64,000 bases of DNA. Origin: Rhodospirillales bacterium (lineage in GTDB: Bacteria > Pseudomonadota > Alphaproteobacteria > Rhodospirillales > UBA2165). Location of the stretch: assembly GCA_965213765.1 (NCBI GenBank), contig OZ243926.1, forward strand, positions 4,368,479 through 4,432,478. The letters are read 5' to 3'. Position numbers and translations under genes: made by a program. Positions within the stretch are counted from its first letter, which is position 1. Each line of letters opens with the position of its first letter. Below the pieces are notes generated by a model. It searched no databases and had not been told where the DNA came from. It saw only the letters and a list, made by a program, of their open reading frames with translations. Of this stretch, positions 1 to 8,093 are shown in pieces.

Positions 1-542
1 CCGACGACGAAATCCACCGGCAACCCGCCAAGCGTCTTTGTAAGATCGGGAAATTCAGACACGTGAATGAGCAATTCCAGGTGCCAGCCCATGGGTTTCA
101 GCCGCGCCGCGAATTCCACGAATTCGCTTATGGAGGCGAAAGGCATACCGCCCTTGTCCACCATGTTGACCCGAATGCCCCGGATGCCTTGATCGTGTAA
201 ACGCGCCAGCGCGGCGTCCGTCACTGCGCCATCGACGGCGGCCACCCCCATGAGCCGGCCGTTGGACCGGGCAATTGCGTCCAGCATAGCCCGGTTGTCG
301 GTGCCGTAGACGCTGGGCTGCGTCAGGATACCGTAATCGATTCCGAGCGCTTGGTGCAGTCGGTCCAACTCGGCCGGCGGCGCGTCCGGTGGTGTGTAAC
401 CGCGCTTTGGCGCGTAGGGGTATTTCGCGGCCGGACCGAAGACATGGGCGTGGGCATCCCAGGCGCCGGCGGGAATGCCGAACCTTGGTGGCCTGGGGTT
501 CGGGTCGGGCCCCGGACAGTCCGGGATCTCGTTTTCGGTCAA
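1..542 (-). CDS. amidohydrolase-2 family protein (LigI / 2-pyrone-4,6-dicarboxylate hydrolase-like); N-terminal part only, continues past the window edge
   Basis: Not in the ORF track because it runs off the edge. My translation from TTG at 540-542 gives (M)TENEIPDCPGPDPNPRPPRFGIPAGAWDAHAHVFGP...GIRGIRVNMVDKGG. The N-terminus parallels the paralogs at 539-1363 and 56206-57078. The TTG start overlaps the upstream stop as TTGA. Confidence 0.7.
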   Translation of the reverse strand, partial: MTENEIPDCPGPDPNPRPPRFGIPAGAWDAHAHVFGPAAKYPYAPKRGYTPPDAPPAELDRLHQALGIDYGILTQPSVYGTDNRAMLDAIARSNGRLMGVAAVDGAVTDAALARLHDQGIRGIRVNMVDKGGMPFASISEFVEFAARLKPMGWHLELLIHVSEFPDLTKTLGGLPVDFVV

Positions 543-1363
543 TCGCCAAATCCGTAAAGCCGCACTGGATTCTCCGCCAAGATCTTGTTGCGGGTCGATT
601 CGCCGTCGGCCCAGTTCAGCAGGGTGTCCAACAGCATGGCGTCGTCGGGCCTCGGGTCCTGTCCCGGATGGGGCCAATTGGATGCCCACAGCATATGGTC
701 CGGCGATTCCCGCACCAGTTCCCGGGCCAATGCCGCGACATCATCGTAGTGGGGCGGGCCGGCCCTTGAGGTCTCGTACGGGGCCGAGAGCTTGACCCAG
801 GCGCCCCCGGCGACGAGCTTCCTGAGACAGTCGAACGCCGCGTGGTCCGGTGACACCGGATCCAGGAATTTGCCCGTGTGATCTATCACCAGCTCTCCGG
901 GCCAGCCTCTGATCTGGGCGTCAAATTCCGGCAAGAGCCGGCCGTCGAGCTGCAATTGGATATGCCAGCCGTGACCCGCGGCGCGATCGGCGAGAACGTC
1001 CAGGTCCTCCCATGGCAGCGCCCCTCCAGGCAACATATGGAACCGGATGCCACGAATACCCAGTGCCGTCAGGTTCTCATAGACCTCATCCCCGGCCCCC
1101 GTTCCGACCACCGCCACGCCACGGGCGCTGTCGCCGAGGGCTGCCATTGCTTCCAGTGTGCAACGGTTGTCGTCGCCATAGGTTGTCGGTTGGACGATAA
1201 CGACCCGCTCGAGGCCGAGCCGTTCCTGGACGCGGCAATAGTCCTCGAGCTTGCCGTCCGGCGGCGGCAGCAGCGCGGTCGGCGCCATGTCGTACCCCGG
1301 CTCATAGACGTGCATATGGGTGTCGCACGCGCCGGGCGGCGCGATAAGACTTGGTGCGGTCAT
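539..1363 (-). CDS. amidohydrolase-2 family protein (LigI-like metal-dependent hydrolase)
   Basis: 274-aa ORF with PPGACDTHMHVY near the N-terminus, GIRGIRFH, VIDHTGK and WASNWPHP. This is the typical TIM-barrel amidohydrolase_2 pattern. GC3-rich. Confidence 0.8.
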   Translation of the reverse strand: MTAPSLIAPPGACDTHMHVYEPGYDMAPTALLPPPDGKLEDYCRVQERLGLERVVIVQPTTYGDDNRCTLEAMAALGDSARGVAVVGTGAGDEVYENLTALGIRGIRFHMLPGGALPWEDLDVLADRAAGHGWHIQLQLDGRLLPEFDAQIRGWPGELVIDHTGKFLDPVSPDHAAFDCLRKLVAGGAWVKLSAPYETSRAGPPHYDDVAALARELVRESPDHMLWASNWPHPGQDPRPDDAMLLDTLLNWADGESTRNKILAENPVRLYGFGD

Positions 1364-1471
1364 GCGTCAAACGGCCCCAATCAGAAAGCGAAGTATGTCT
1401 GCTCGCCGGCCATTAGACAGGAAAAGAGCCCGTACCGGGAGGGTGCGGGCCCAAAATCGTCGGGGTGTGCG

Positions 1472-1481
1472 CCCCCCCCCC
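1472..1481. repeat. C10 homopolymer tract followed by GGGG (G10 on the minus strand)
   Basis: Direct reading gives g-cccccccccc-gggg. It is intergenic, about 110 nt upstream of the minus-strand amidohydrolase start at 1363. Confidence 0.9.
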
Positions 1482-1757
1482 GGGGCTGGAAGTTTGAAGC
1501 TATTTCCCGGTCGGGAGCATCAGCGCGGTCGCCGCATCGGATTTCGCGGTGCCGGCGGTTTGCGCGACGGCGTTGATCTTCTCATTGAGTTCATCGGGTT
1601 TCATACCGGTTTCTTTCATTTGCTCCGAAGAAGCACGGGCGCCGAGGCCGATAACGAGCATCGTGGCGGCGGCAACATCATGGCCTGGGCATCGACCTAC
1701 GGAACCGGTCTGCTATAGTCGCGCCGAATTTCGAGTTTTTTTCAAGGAGTGCGCGTG

Positions 1758-2696
1758 ATGGCACGGGTTGAGCGTTTTTCTGGACTTCTGTCGCCGGTCT
1801 TGACGCCGTTTGGCGAAGACCTGTCGCCTGACATGGACCGGCTGATCAGCCACGGCAAGTGGTTGCTGCAATGCAACTGCAATCTCGCGCCGTTCGGCAC
1901 CACCAGCGAGGGCAACTCCCTGTCCGCGGCCGAGAAGGCCGACATCCTCGATAGGCTGGTTGCCGCAGGGATTCCCGCCGCCTCCATGATGCCGGGGACC
2001 GGGACCTGCGCCATTGCGGATACCGTGACGTTATCCGCCAAAGCGGCAGGGTTGGGTTGCGGCGGTGTCCTGATGCTGCCGCCGTTCTACTACAAAAACG
2101 TTAGCGACGACGGTCTCTACGCCGCTTACGACGCGGTCATCCAGCAGGTCGGCTCCGCCGACCTCAAAATTTACCTCTACCATATTCCGCCCATGTCCCA
2201 GACGCCCATCAGCCTGAGCCTTATCGAGCGGCTGTTGAAGGCCTATCCCGAGACCGTCGTCGGCATCAAGGATTCGTCGGGCGAATGGGACAACACCAAG
2301 GCCATGCTTGATGCGAAGTTCGACGATTTCCGCATCTTCGTGGGCTCCGAATCCTTCCTGCTCGCCAATATGCGAAACGGCGGCGCCGGATGTATTTCGG
2401 CGACCGCCAACGTCAATCCGTCGGCGATCCACGAGTTGTACGAACACTGGCGGGACAATGACGCCGAAGACCGTCAGGCCGACTTGGACGCGGTGCGTGA
2501 CATCTTTGTCGAATATGCGGCAATCCCGGCGCTCAAGGCCTGCGTGGCCCATTTCGCCGGCGATCCCGGCTGGGCTCTCACCCGCCCGCCGCTTATGCCG
2601 TTGGATGCGGAAAAAGCATCGAAGACCATCGAAGCCCTTTTGGCCCGCGGCTTCGACATGCCGGGCCTGGCGGGCGCGAAGGCCGCCGCGGAGTAG
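1758..2696 (+). CDS. dihydrodipicolinate synthase / N-acetylneuraminate lyase family aldolase (DapA-like)
   Basis: ORF 1749-2696. AAGGAG at 1744-1749 favours the ATG at 1758. Family landmarks are GTTSEG, LPPFYYK, YHIP and GIKDSSG (Schiff-base Lys context). Confidence 0.8.
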   Translation: MARVERFSGLLSPVLTPFGEDLSPDMDRLISHGKWLLQCNCNLAPFGTTSEGNSLSAAEKADILDRLVAAGIPAASMMPGTGTCAIADTVTLSAKAAGLGCGGVLMLPPFYYKNVSDDGLYAAYDAVIQQVGSADLKIYLYHIPPMSQTPISLSLIERLLKAYPETVVGIKDSSGEWDNTKAMLDAKFDDFRIFVGSESFLLANMRNGGAGCISATANVNPSAIHELYEHWRDNDAEDRQADLDAVRDIFVEYAAIPALKACVAHFAGDPGWALTRPPLMPLDAEKASKTIEALLARGFDMPGLAGAKAAAE

Positions 2697-2798
2697 CTGT
2701 CGGCAATCGCCACCGGACGTCATCGAACCAATCGATTTTAGATTGAGGGTTGATGGAACACTTCCATCAATTCGCACCGACGAAATTTTGGGCGGCGG

Positions 2799-3305
2799 CT
2801 AGTCGCCGCTCTCGTCGTACAGCCCCCGCGACTTGTGCCAGTCCTCGATCCCTTCATCCGGATAATGATCGAACCGCGGATTTGCCTCGTCTTCGTCGGG
2901 GATCAATACCCAGTCCGGTTTGTGGGCGAGCATGAAGTGCTTTTGCTCGGGCGGGACCGGCAGCGGCGTATCGATCACGCCGGCGATGGGGTAAAACCAC
3001 TGACCGTGCTGGGGGTTGTGGTTCCACATGACGGTTCCGCACTGCGTGCAGAACGACCGGCCACCGGCGTTGCGGCCGTCTTCCGCGTACGAGTCCCGGT
3101 CGTTGTTGTTGTGCCGGTAGAGCTTGAGATTTTCCTCGCCTTCAATCTCCAGCGTGTCGTATTCGCCCATGATGTTGATGGTATAACCGCCGCCGCCGGC
3201 CACCTTCCGGCAGATGGAGCAATAACACCGATTGACCGCATAGGGTGTGTGAGAGATGCAGGAAAACTTCACGGCGCCGCAAAGGCAGGATCCTTCAAGC
3301 CGCAT
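2799..3305 (-). CDS. GFA (glutathione-dependent formaldehyde-activating / CENP-V-like) family protein
   Basis: 168 aa with GSCLCGAVKF at the N-terminus plus CYCSICRK and FCTQCG. This is the Cys-rich zinc-binding pattern of the GFA domain. Confidence 0.75.
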   Translation of the reverse strand: MRLEGSCLCGAVKFSCISHTPYAVNRCYCSICRKVAGGGGYTINIMGEYDTLEIEGEENLKLYRHNNNDRDSYAEDGRNAGGRSFCTQCGTVMWNHNPQHGQWFYPIAGVIDTPLPVPPEQKHFMLAHKPDWVLIPDEDEANPRFDHYPDEGIEDWHKSRGLYDESGD

Positions 3306-3340
3306 GATGGGGACTCCTTGTCAGACGTTATTCGGGCCGG

Positions 3341-3952
3341 CTACTTGATCTGTTCGACCTTCGGGTTCCGGTTGCGCATGTCGCCGTCCCAGCGTTTGGC
3401 GAATTCGGCCGGCACGCCGATCTGGTCGAGAGCGCGGGCGACGAAATGCTCGACCATGTCGTCCAGCGTTTCGGGGTGGTTATAGAACGCCGGAACAGGC
3501 GGCAGGATGCAGACTCCCATGCGCGCCAGTTTGAGCATGTTTTCGAGGTGGATCTCGTTGAACGGCGACTCGCGCACCATCAAGACCAGTTTCCGGCGCT
3601 CCTTGAGGATCACGTCCGCGGCCCGGTGAACGAGGTGTTCGCCGAACCCGTTGGCGATGGCCGCGACCGAGCGTGCCGAGCAGGGGGCGATGATCATGCC
3701 GTCGGTGACGAAGGAGCCCGACGAGACCTTGGCGCCCATATCGCCGGGGCCGTGATAGACGTCGGCCAGGTCCCGGAGATCGGCGACCGTATGGTCGGTC
3801 TCGTGCTCCAGTGTCTGTTGGGCCCATTTGCTGACCACCAGGTGGGTTTCCACCTCGGAGCGGGCGAGCGCCTTCAGCAGCCGGACGCCGATGATCGCCC
3901 CGCTGGCGCCGGTCATGCCTACCACGATCCGTCTTAGCCGAATTTCGGACAC
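3341..3952 (-). CDS. ubiX: UbiX-family flavin prenyltransferase
   Basis: 203 aa with RIVVGMTGASGAIIGVRLLKAL, MIIAPCSARSVAAIANG and LVLMVRESPFNEIHLENMLKLARMG. This is the characteristic UbiX/Pad1 pattern. Confidence 0.9.
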   Translation of the reverse strand: MSEIRLRRIVVGMTGASGAIIGVRLLKALARSEVETHLVVSKWAQQTLEHETDHTVADLRDLADVYHGPGDMGAKVSSGSFVTDGMIIAPCSARSVAAIANGFGEHLVHRAADVILKERRKLVLMVRESPFNEIHLENMLKLARMGVCILPPVPAFYNHPETLDDMVEHFVARALDQIGVPAEFAKRWDGDMRNRNPKVEQIK

Positions 3953-4180
3953 GTCAACCTCGCTTAAGAGATTGAATCATAATACGTATTACGGCCGTGG
4001 GGCAAGCAGCCGTCATGCCGTCTCGCTGATCATGCGGATGCCGAGCCTGATCGGCTCACCGGTCAATTCCGGTCATCGCCTCTATTTTTCATCGCGGCCG
4101 CAATATCGGACACGGTCTTCTTGTGGAAATCGAGTGCTGCCTTGCCGTCGACGGCGCCGCCCGAGATCAGTTCGAGGCTT

Positions 4181-4540
4181 TCAGCGCCGTGCCGGCGGGG
4201 TGCACCCCTTTGCGGCCGCCCAAATAAAATTATTCGAGGCGGGCTCGGGCTTGCGGGCTTCATTCTCGTTCAGGAAGTCGACCAGCATCCGCGACATGTC
4301 AGCGGGGTTCCGGCGCCGCACGCAATTCTCGAACCAACGGAAGCCGTCGACCAATTGGGCCTGATAGAGGGAAACCAACTGGTCCGCCAGCCCGGCAATG
4401 TAGTCCTCGCGGCGCGCCCGCGGGTAGCTCAGAAAGGTTTCGCCTGAGACGTAGCCGAAAGGCTGGGCGCCTCTGATCTGGGCCTCGGCCGGCAAGCTCG
4501 AGCCCAGGAGGATCATCATTGCGGTAAGCAGTCTGATCAT
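4181..4540 (-). CDS. hypothetical secreted protein (possibly frameshifted at its 3' end)
   Basis: The internal start MIRLLTAMMILLGSSLPAEA-QIRG looks like a signal peptide. The upstream part of ORF 4181-4633 is not protein-like. A GC3-rich continuation in another frame (ORF 4063-4263) suggests a frameshift near 4185-4200. Confidence 0.45.
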   Translation of the reverse strand: MIRLLTAMMILLGSSLPAEAQIRGAQPFGYVSGETFLSYPRARREDYIAGLADQLVSLYQAQLVDGFRWFENCVRRRNPADMSRMLVDFLNENEARKPEPASNNFIWAAAKGCTPPARR

Positions 4541-4585
4541 CGGGCGGTCATAACAACGCGGCACCAATCCCGCAAAACATCTTTT

Positions 4586-4667
4586 TGTGCGCAGTCGCAC
4601 AAGGTCAATCTGTGGGCAGTCGCACAAGGTCAATCTGTGGGCAGTCGCACAAGGTCAACCTGTGCGC
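4586..4667. repeat. 25-bp tandem direct repeat, about 3.3 copies
   Basis: Units are TGTGCGCAGTCGCACAAGGTCAATC, TGTGGGCAGTCGCACAAGGTCAATC, TGTGGGCAGTCGCACAAGGTCAACC and a partial TGTGCGC. They lie between the sulfatase stop (4679) and the start of the small secreted-protein gene (4540). Confidence 0.95.
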
Positions 4668-4678
4668 TTGGAAGCCGG

Positions 4679-6268
4679 CTACCAGACCCCGATGTAGACG
4701 CGCCGCTTTTCCGGCGGGTGGTAGACCGAGTGTCCGCGCCGGGCGAGCGGTTCCTCACCGACGGTGGTGCGGAAATTCCGGGCGAGGAAGTTCTCCGTCA
4801 GCATCTCCCGCATCCGGCTCCGAATTTCCTCATAGGCGGGGTCGGCGCCGAGGTCGGTGAACTCGTTGGGATCGTCCTCGAGGTCGTAAAGTTCCGGGCG
4901 GAACTTCAGGTGGTGGATGTACTTCCACTTGTCGGTGCGGATCATAATGGCGCGTGCTTCGCGGGCGGCGATGCCGAGTGCGTCGAGGTCTATCCGCGGT
5001 GCAAATTCCGATTCACAGATGACATAGTCCCGCCAATCGCCGGGCTGCTCCCCGTGCAGAATGGGCAGCAATGATTTGCCCTCCACCACGTGTTCGGGAA
5101 TCGTCCCGCCTGCCACTTCGATAAAGGTGGGGACGAGGTCGATGCTCTCGATGAACCTGTCATCGACGGTGCCGCGGGTTGCGTCGGATGCCGGGTCCGG
5201 ATCGTAGACAATGAACGGCAGCCGGATACTCTCTTCGTGAAACAACTCCTTCTCGCCGAGCCAGTGGTCGCCGAGGTAATCACCGTGGTCCGACGTGAAA
5301 ACGATCATGGTGTCGTCCATCCGGCCCTTCTCTCCCATGAAGGCGAACAGCCGGCCCAGGTGATCATCAAGCTGTTTGATCAGCCCCATGTAGGCGGGGA
5401 TAACCACTTCCCGCACTTCATCCCGGGAGAAGGCTTGGCAGTCCTCACGCCGGTGGTAGGTCCGATAGACCGGGTGGTCGGTCTCCAGTTCTTTCGGGTG
5501 ACGGTTGGCGGGCAGAATGTCGTTGCCCCCGAACATGTCGTGGTACGGCGCCGGTGCGATATACGGCCAGTGGGGCTTGATATAGCTGAGATGCATGGTC
5601 CACGGGTCGTCGCCGCATTCTTCGATGAACTGCATGGCGCGGCCGGTCATATAGGCGGTTTCGGAGTGCTCCTCTTTCACCCTGGCCGGATACTTGCTGT
5701 TGCGCAGATACCAGCCCGAAAGAATCTCGCCGTCGGGCCCCTCGGCCGAGTTGGCGAAATCGTGCCAGGGATTTGGGCTGTCGTAGCCCTGTTCCCTCAT
5801 CCAATTGTTGTAAGCGAGATTCTCCGGCGCCATCTCGGCGGTGCCCCATAGGCCGTCGTCCCGCTCGTAAGGCTCGAAGCCGCATTCGGCGACCAGCACG
5901 CCCTCGATGGAGTTACGGTCGATCTTGAGGCGCTTCATCCCGCCTTGGTCGGCAATCATATGGGTCTTGCCGACGAGGGCCACCCGGTGGCCCAGCGGGC
6001 GCAGGTAGTCGCCGATGGTCAATTCATCGACCGACAGCGGGACGCCGTTCCACACCGCGCCGTGGGTAAAGGCGTAGCGCCCGGTGTAGAACGACATGCG
6101 GGAGCCGCCGCAGACCGGGGCCTGACAATAGGCACGGGTAAACCGTACGCCTTTTGCCGCCAAGGCATCGATGTTGGGTGTTTCAAGTCGCGGGTGACCG
6201 GCGCAGGACAGATAGTCGTAGCGAAGCTGGTCACACATGATGAACAGAATGTTCTTGGTCTTGCCCAT
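4679..6268 (-). CDS. sulfatase / phosphonate-monoester-hydrolase-like enzyme (alkaline phosphatase superfamily)
   Basis: MGKTKNILFIMCDQLRYDY...APVCGGSRMSFYTGRY...VFTSDHGDYLGDH. GGAGG lies 10 nt upstream of the ATG at 6268. The formylglycine motif reads C-G-G-S-R rather than C-x-P/A-x-R. Confidence 0.8.
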   Translation of the reverse strand: MGKTKNILFIMCDQLRYDYLSCAGHPRLETPNIDALAAKGVRFTRAYCQAPVCGGSRMSFYTGRYAFTHGAVWNGVPLSVDELTIGDYLRPLGHRVALVGKTHMIADQGGMKRLKIDRNSIEGVLVAECGFEPYERDDGLWGTAEMAPENLAYNNWMREQGYDSPNPWHDFANSAEGPDGEILSGWYLRNSKYPARVKEEHSETAYMTGRAMQFIEECGDDPWTMHLSYIKPHWPYIAPAPYHDMFGGNDILPANRHPKELETDHPVYRTYHRREDCQAFSRDEVREVVIPAYMGLIKQLDDHLGRLFAFMGEKGRMDDTMIVFTSDHGDYLGDHWLGEKELFHEESIRLPFIVYDPDPASDATRGTVDDRFIESIDLVPTFIEVAGGTIPEHVVEGKSLLPILHGEQPGDWRDYVICESEFAPRIDLDALGIAAREARAIMIRTDKWKYIHHLKFRPELYDLEDDPNEFTDLGADPAYEEIRSRMREMLTENFLARNFRTTVGEEPLARRGHSVYHPPEKRRVYIGVW

Positions 6269-6428
6269 GAGCGGGGGGCCTCCAGGGGTCATGATTTGCC
6301 GACATGTAACGTGCCCGGCGGGCAGCGCATATATGCCCATTTGCTATCGCTGATGTTAAGCGAAATTCGTCGGCCAGGCAGGGGGCTTGGCGGCGATTGA
6401 CTCCCTTGGCCGATGTGCGGACGATTAA

Positions 6429-6692
6429 CCCGCATTTCCCGCCAGGGTCATGGTCTGCGCGGCGTTCTCTGGTCGGCGGAGCAGGAGAGGCGCGCCGCGC
6501 GATGCGGTGACATCGGGCAAGCGCCTCGACGCACGCTGTCGACCAGAGAACGCCGCCCTTCGGGTCGCGCCCCGGCGCCTGCCCGCGGCGTCGCGGCCCT
6601 CAACCGTAGTCGCCGCTACGCTTTTCGGGCCGCTCCTGGCGGCTCGGCCGCCTGGACGCGACGCAGGCCGTGACCCTGGTGAGAAATGCGGG
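6429..6692. mobile_element. 264-bp MITE-like non-autonomous element, copy 1, flanked by TTAA/TTAA
   Basis: Near-identical to 13431-13694. The termini CCCGCATTTCCCGCCAGGGTCATGG and CCGTGACCCTGGTGAGAAATGCGGG are inverted repeats. There is an internal 17-bp inverted repeat (6459-6475 and 6540-6556). No credible ORF. Confidence 0.8.
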
Positions 6693-6790
6693 TTAAGGTT
6701 CCGGGACACGTCCACGCAGTTTCACATCCAACTGCTTCATGACCCGGGTGACGCGGCGCGGGGGTTTGCGGACGAATTCCCCGGCGGGAT

Positions 6791-8044
6791 CTAAGCCTCC
6801 GGAAAATGCTCGGCGCGAAACGCCGAGAGCGGCATCGGGTCGGACCCGGTATCCTCGATCCACATGTCGAAGACAATTTCGTTGTCCGGCGTGACTTCGA
6901 TCAGCCGGGCCCGGCAAAATCCGGCTTCGACATCCATATGGGGAACGCCGTCCTTCGTGACGATCCCGCCATAGGTGATGAACGTGTTGCCCGTCTTGGG
7001 CAACCGGAAGGCGCCGCACTGGTAGGTGGCGTAAAGCCGCTCGCCGGGCGCGTCACCATAGGACCAAACCTGTTCGACGGTCATGGCATCCTCGTCGACC
7101 CGGAACTCGACTGCGCGGCTGGTATTTTCTTCCGGCGGGATACCGGGATTGAACGGCGTCGCCCGGAGGTTTCCATTGTCGAAACACATTACCGTGCCCG
7201 ACGGCGTCACCGAGCAGTCGTGCTGATGGAACTGCCAGCCCACCTCGCCGATGGGCTTGAGCAGTTTCTCGGACCACGGCGGCGTCCAGTTGTCGTGGGT
7301 GCCGAGAATCCACATGAGGCCGCCCGAGGCCCGGTCGAATTTGATGATGCAGTCCTGGGTCCGAAGGGACACCAGAATTCCGCCGTCCTTGGGATCTTCG
7401 GCGGTGCCGTTGGCATGGCACCAGTCGAAGGAGTCGGCGAAGCCGCGGTTGCGCCAGTAGCCTGACCGGGTGCCGTAGCACATCCGGTACGGGTCCAGCA
7501 TATCCAGGATGCGCCATTGATTGATGACGGCGCCGCCGGGGGTTACCTCGCAAATTATGTCGCCGACCACATTCGCGGTCTCGGTGGGAGCGTCGGGATC
7601 CGTCTCGCTGCCCGGCCAGTTGTCGAAAGTACGGACTTCGGCGGACATCAGAAGCAGGTTGCCGTTGCCCAACATGTTGATGGCGTGATGGGTGAGGGGA
7701 AGGTCGATGGGGATGCCGCCTTCGGGCACCTCCTTGTCCCGCCATTTTCCGGCGACGTACCAGTGGCGGACAATGTCGCCGTCCCGGGTCATTTCGTAAA
7801 TCCGCCCGATGCCGGTCTCGGAGAAGAGGACATTGCCGTTCGGCAGGCGTCGATTGTCCTGCACCGGCTCTCCGCCGGAGTAATTGAGCGCGATGTCACC
7901 GCGTTGGTCGACGCCCAACAACCATCCGCGGCCGACCGTATTGTCGGCCCGGCCGCCGGGCCGAACGTTGAACACCATCATGCCCGGCTCCCGCCGGGCG
8001 GTGTCGCAGACGTCAATGTGGTATGGCGGCAAGCTGCCGGTCAT
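6791..8044 (-). CDS. arylsulfotransferase (ASST)-like beta-propeller protein
   Basis: ORF 6791-8050. The ATG at 8044 is preceded by a G-rich SD. Motifs LPNGNVLF, HHAINMLGNGNLLL, CHANG, QHDCSV and FDNGN resemble the ASST family. No signal-peptide-like N-terminus. Confidence 0.6.
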   Translation of the reverse strand: MTGSLPPYHIDVCDTARREPGMMVFNVRPGGRADNTVGRGWLLGVDQRGDIALNYSGGEPVQDNRRLPNGNVLFSETGIGRIYEMTRDGDIVRHWYVAGKWRDKEVPEGGIPIDLPLTHHAINMLGNGNLLLMSAEVRTFDNWPGSETDPDAPTETANVVGDIICEVTPGGAVINQWRILDMLDPYRMCYGTRSGYWRNRGFADSFDWCHANGTAEDPKDGGILVSLRTQDCIIKFDRASGGLMWILGTHDNWTPPWSEKLLKPIGEVGWQFHQHDCSVTPSGTVMCFDNGNLRATPFNPGIPPEENTSRAVEFRVDEDAMTVEQVWSYGDAPGERLYATYQCGAFRLPKTGNTFITYGGIVTKDGVPHMDVEAGFCRARLIEVTPDNEIVFDMWIEDTGSDPMPLSAFRAEHFPEA

Positions 8045-8093
8045 CGTCAATCCCCCCTGATCGCCGGCGCGTCATTCCGCGCCGGCCACAGTG

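Noticed and set aside
1500-1661. A 53-codon minus-strand ORF (MLVIGLGARASSEQMKETGMKPDELNEKINAVAQTAGTAKSDAATALMLPTGK) has fair GC3 bias.
   Set aside because: It is below the ORF-track cutoff. I saw no convincing RBS and recognised no family. It could be a real small protein or the tail of a decayed lipoprotein gene, but the evidence is insufficient to call it.
4586-4667. I considered whether the tandem 25-bp repeats are a small CRISPR array.
   Set aside because: The repeats are contiguous with no spacers, and no cas genes are present.
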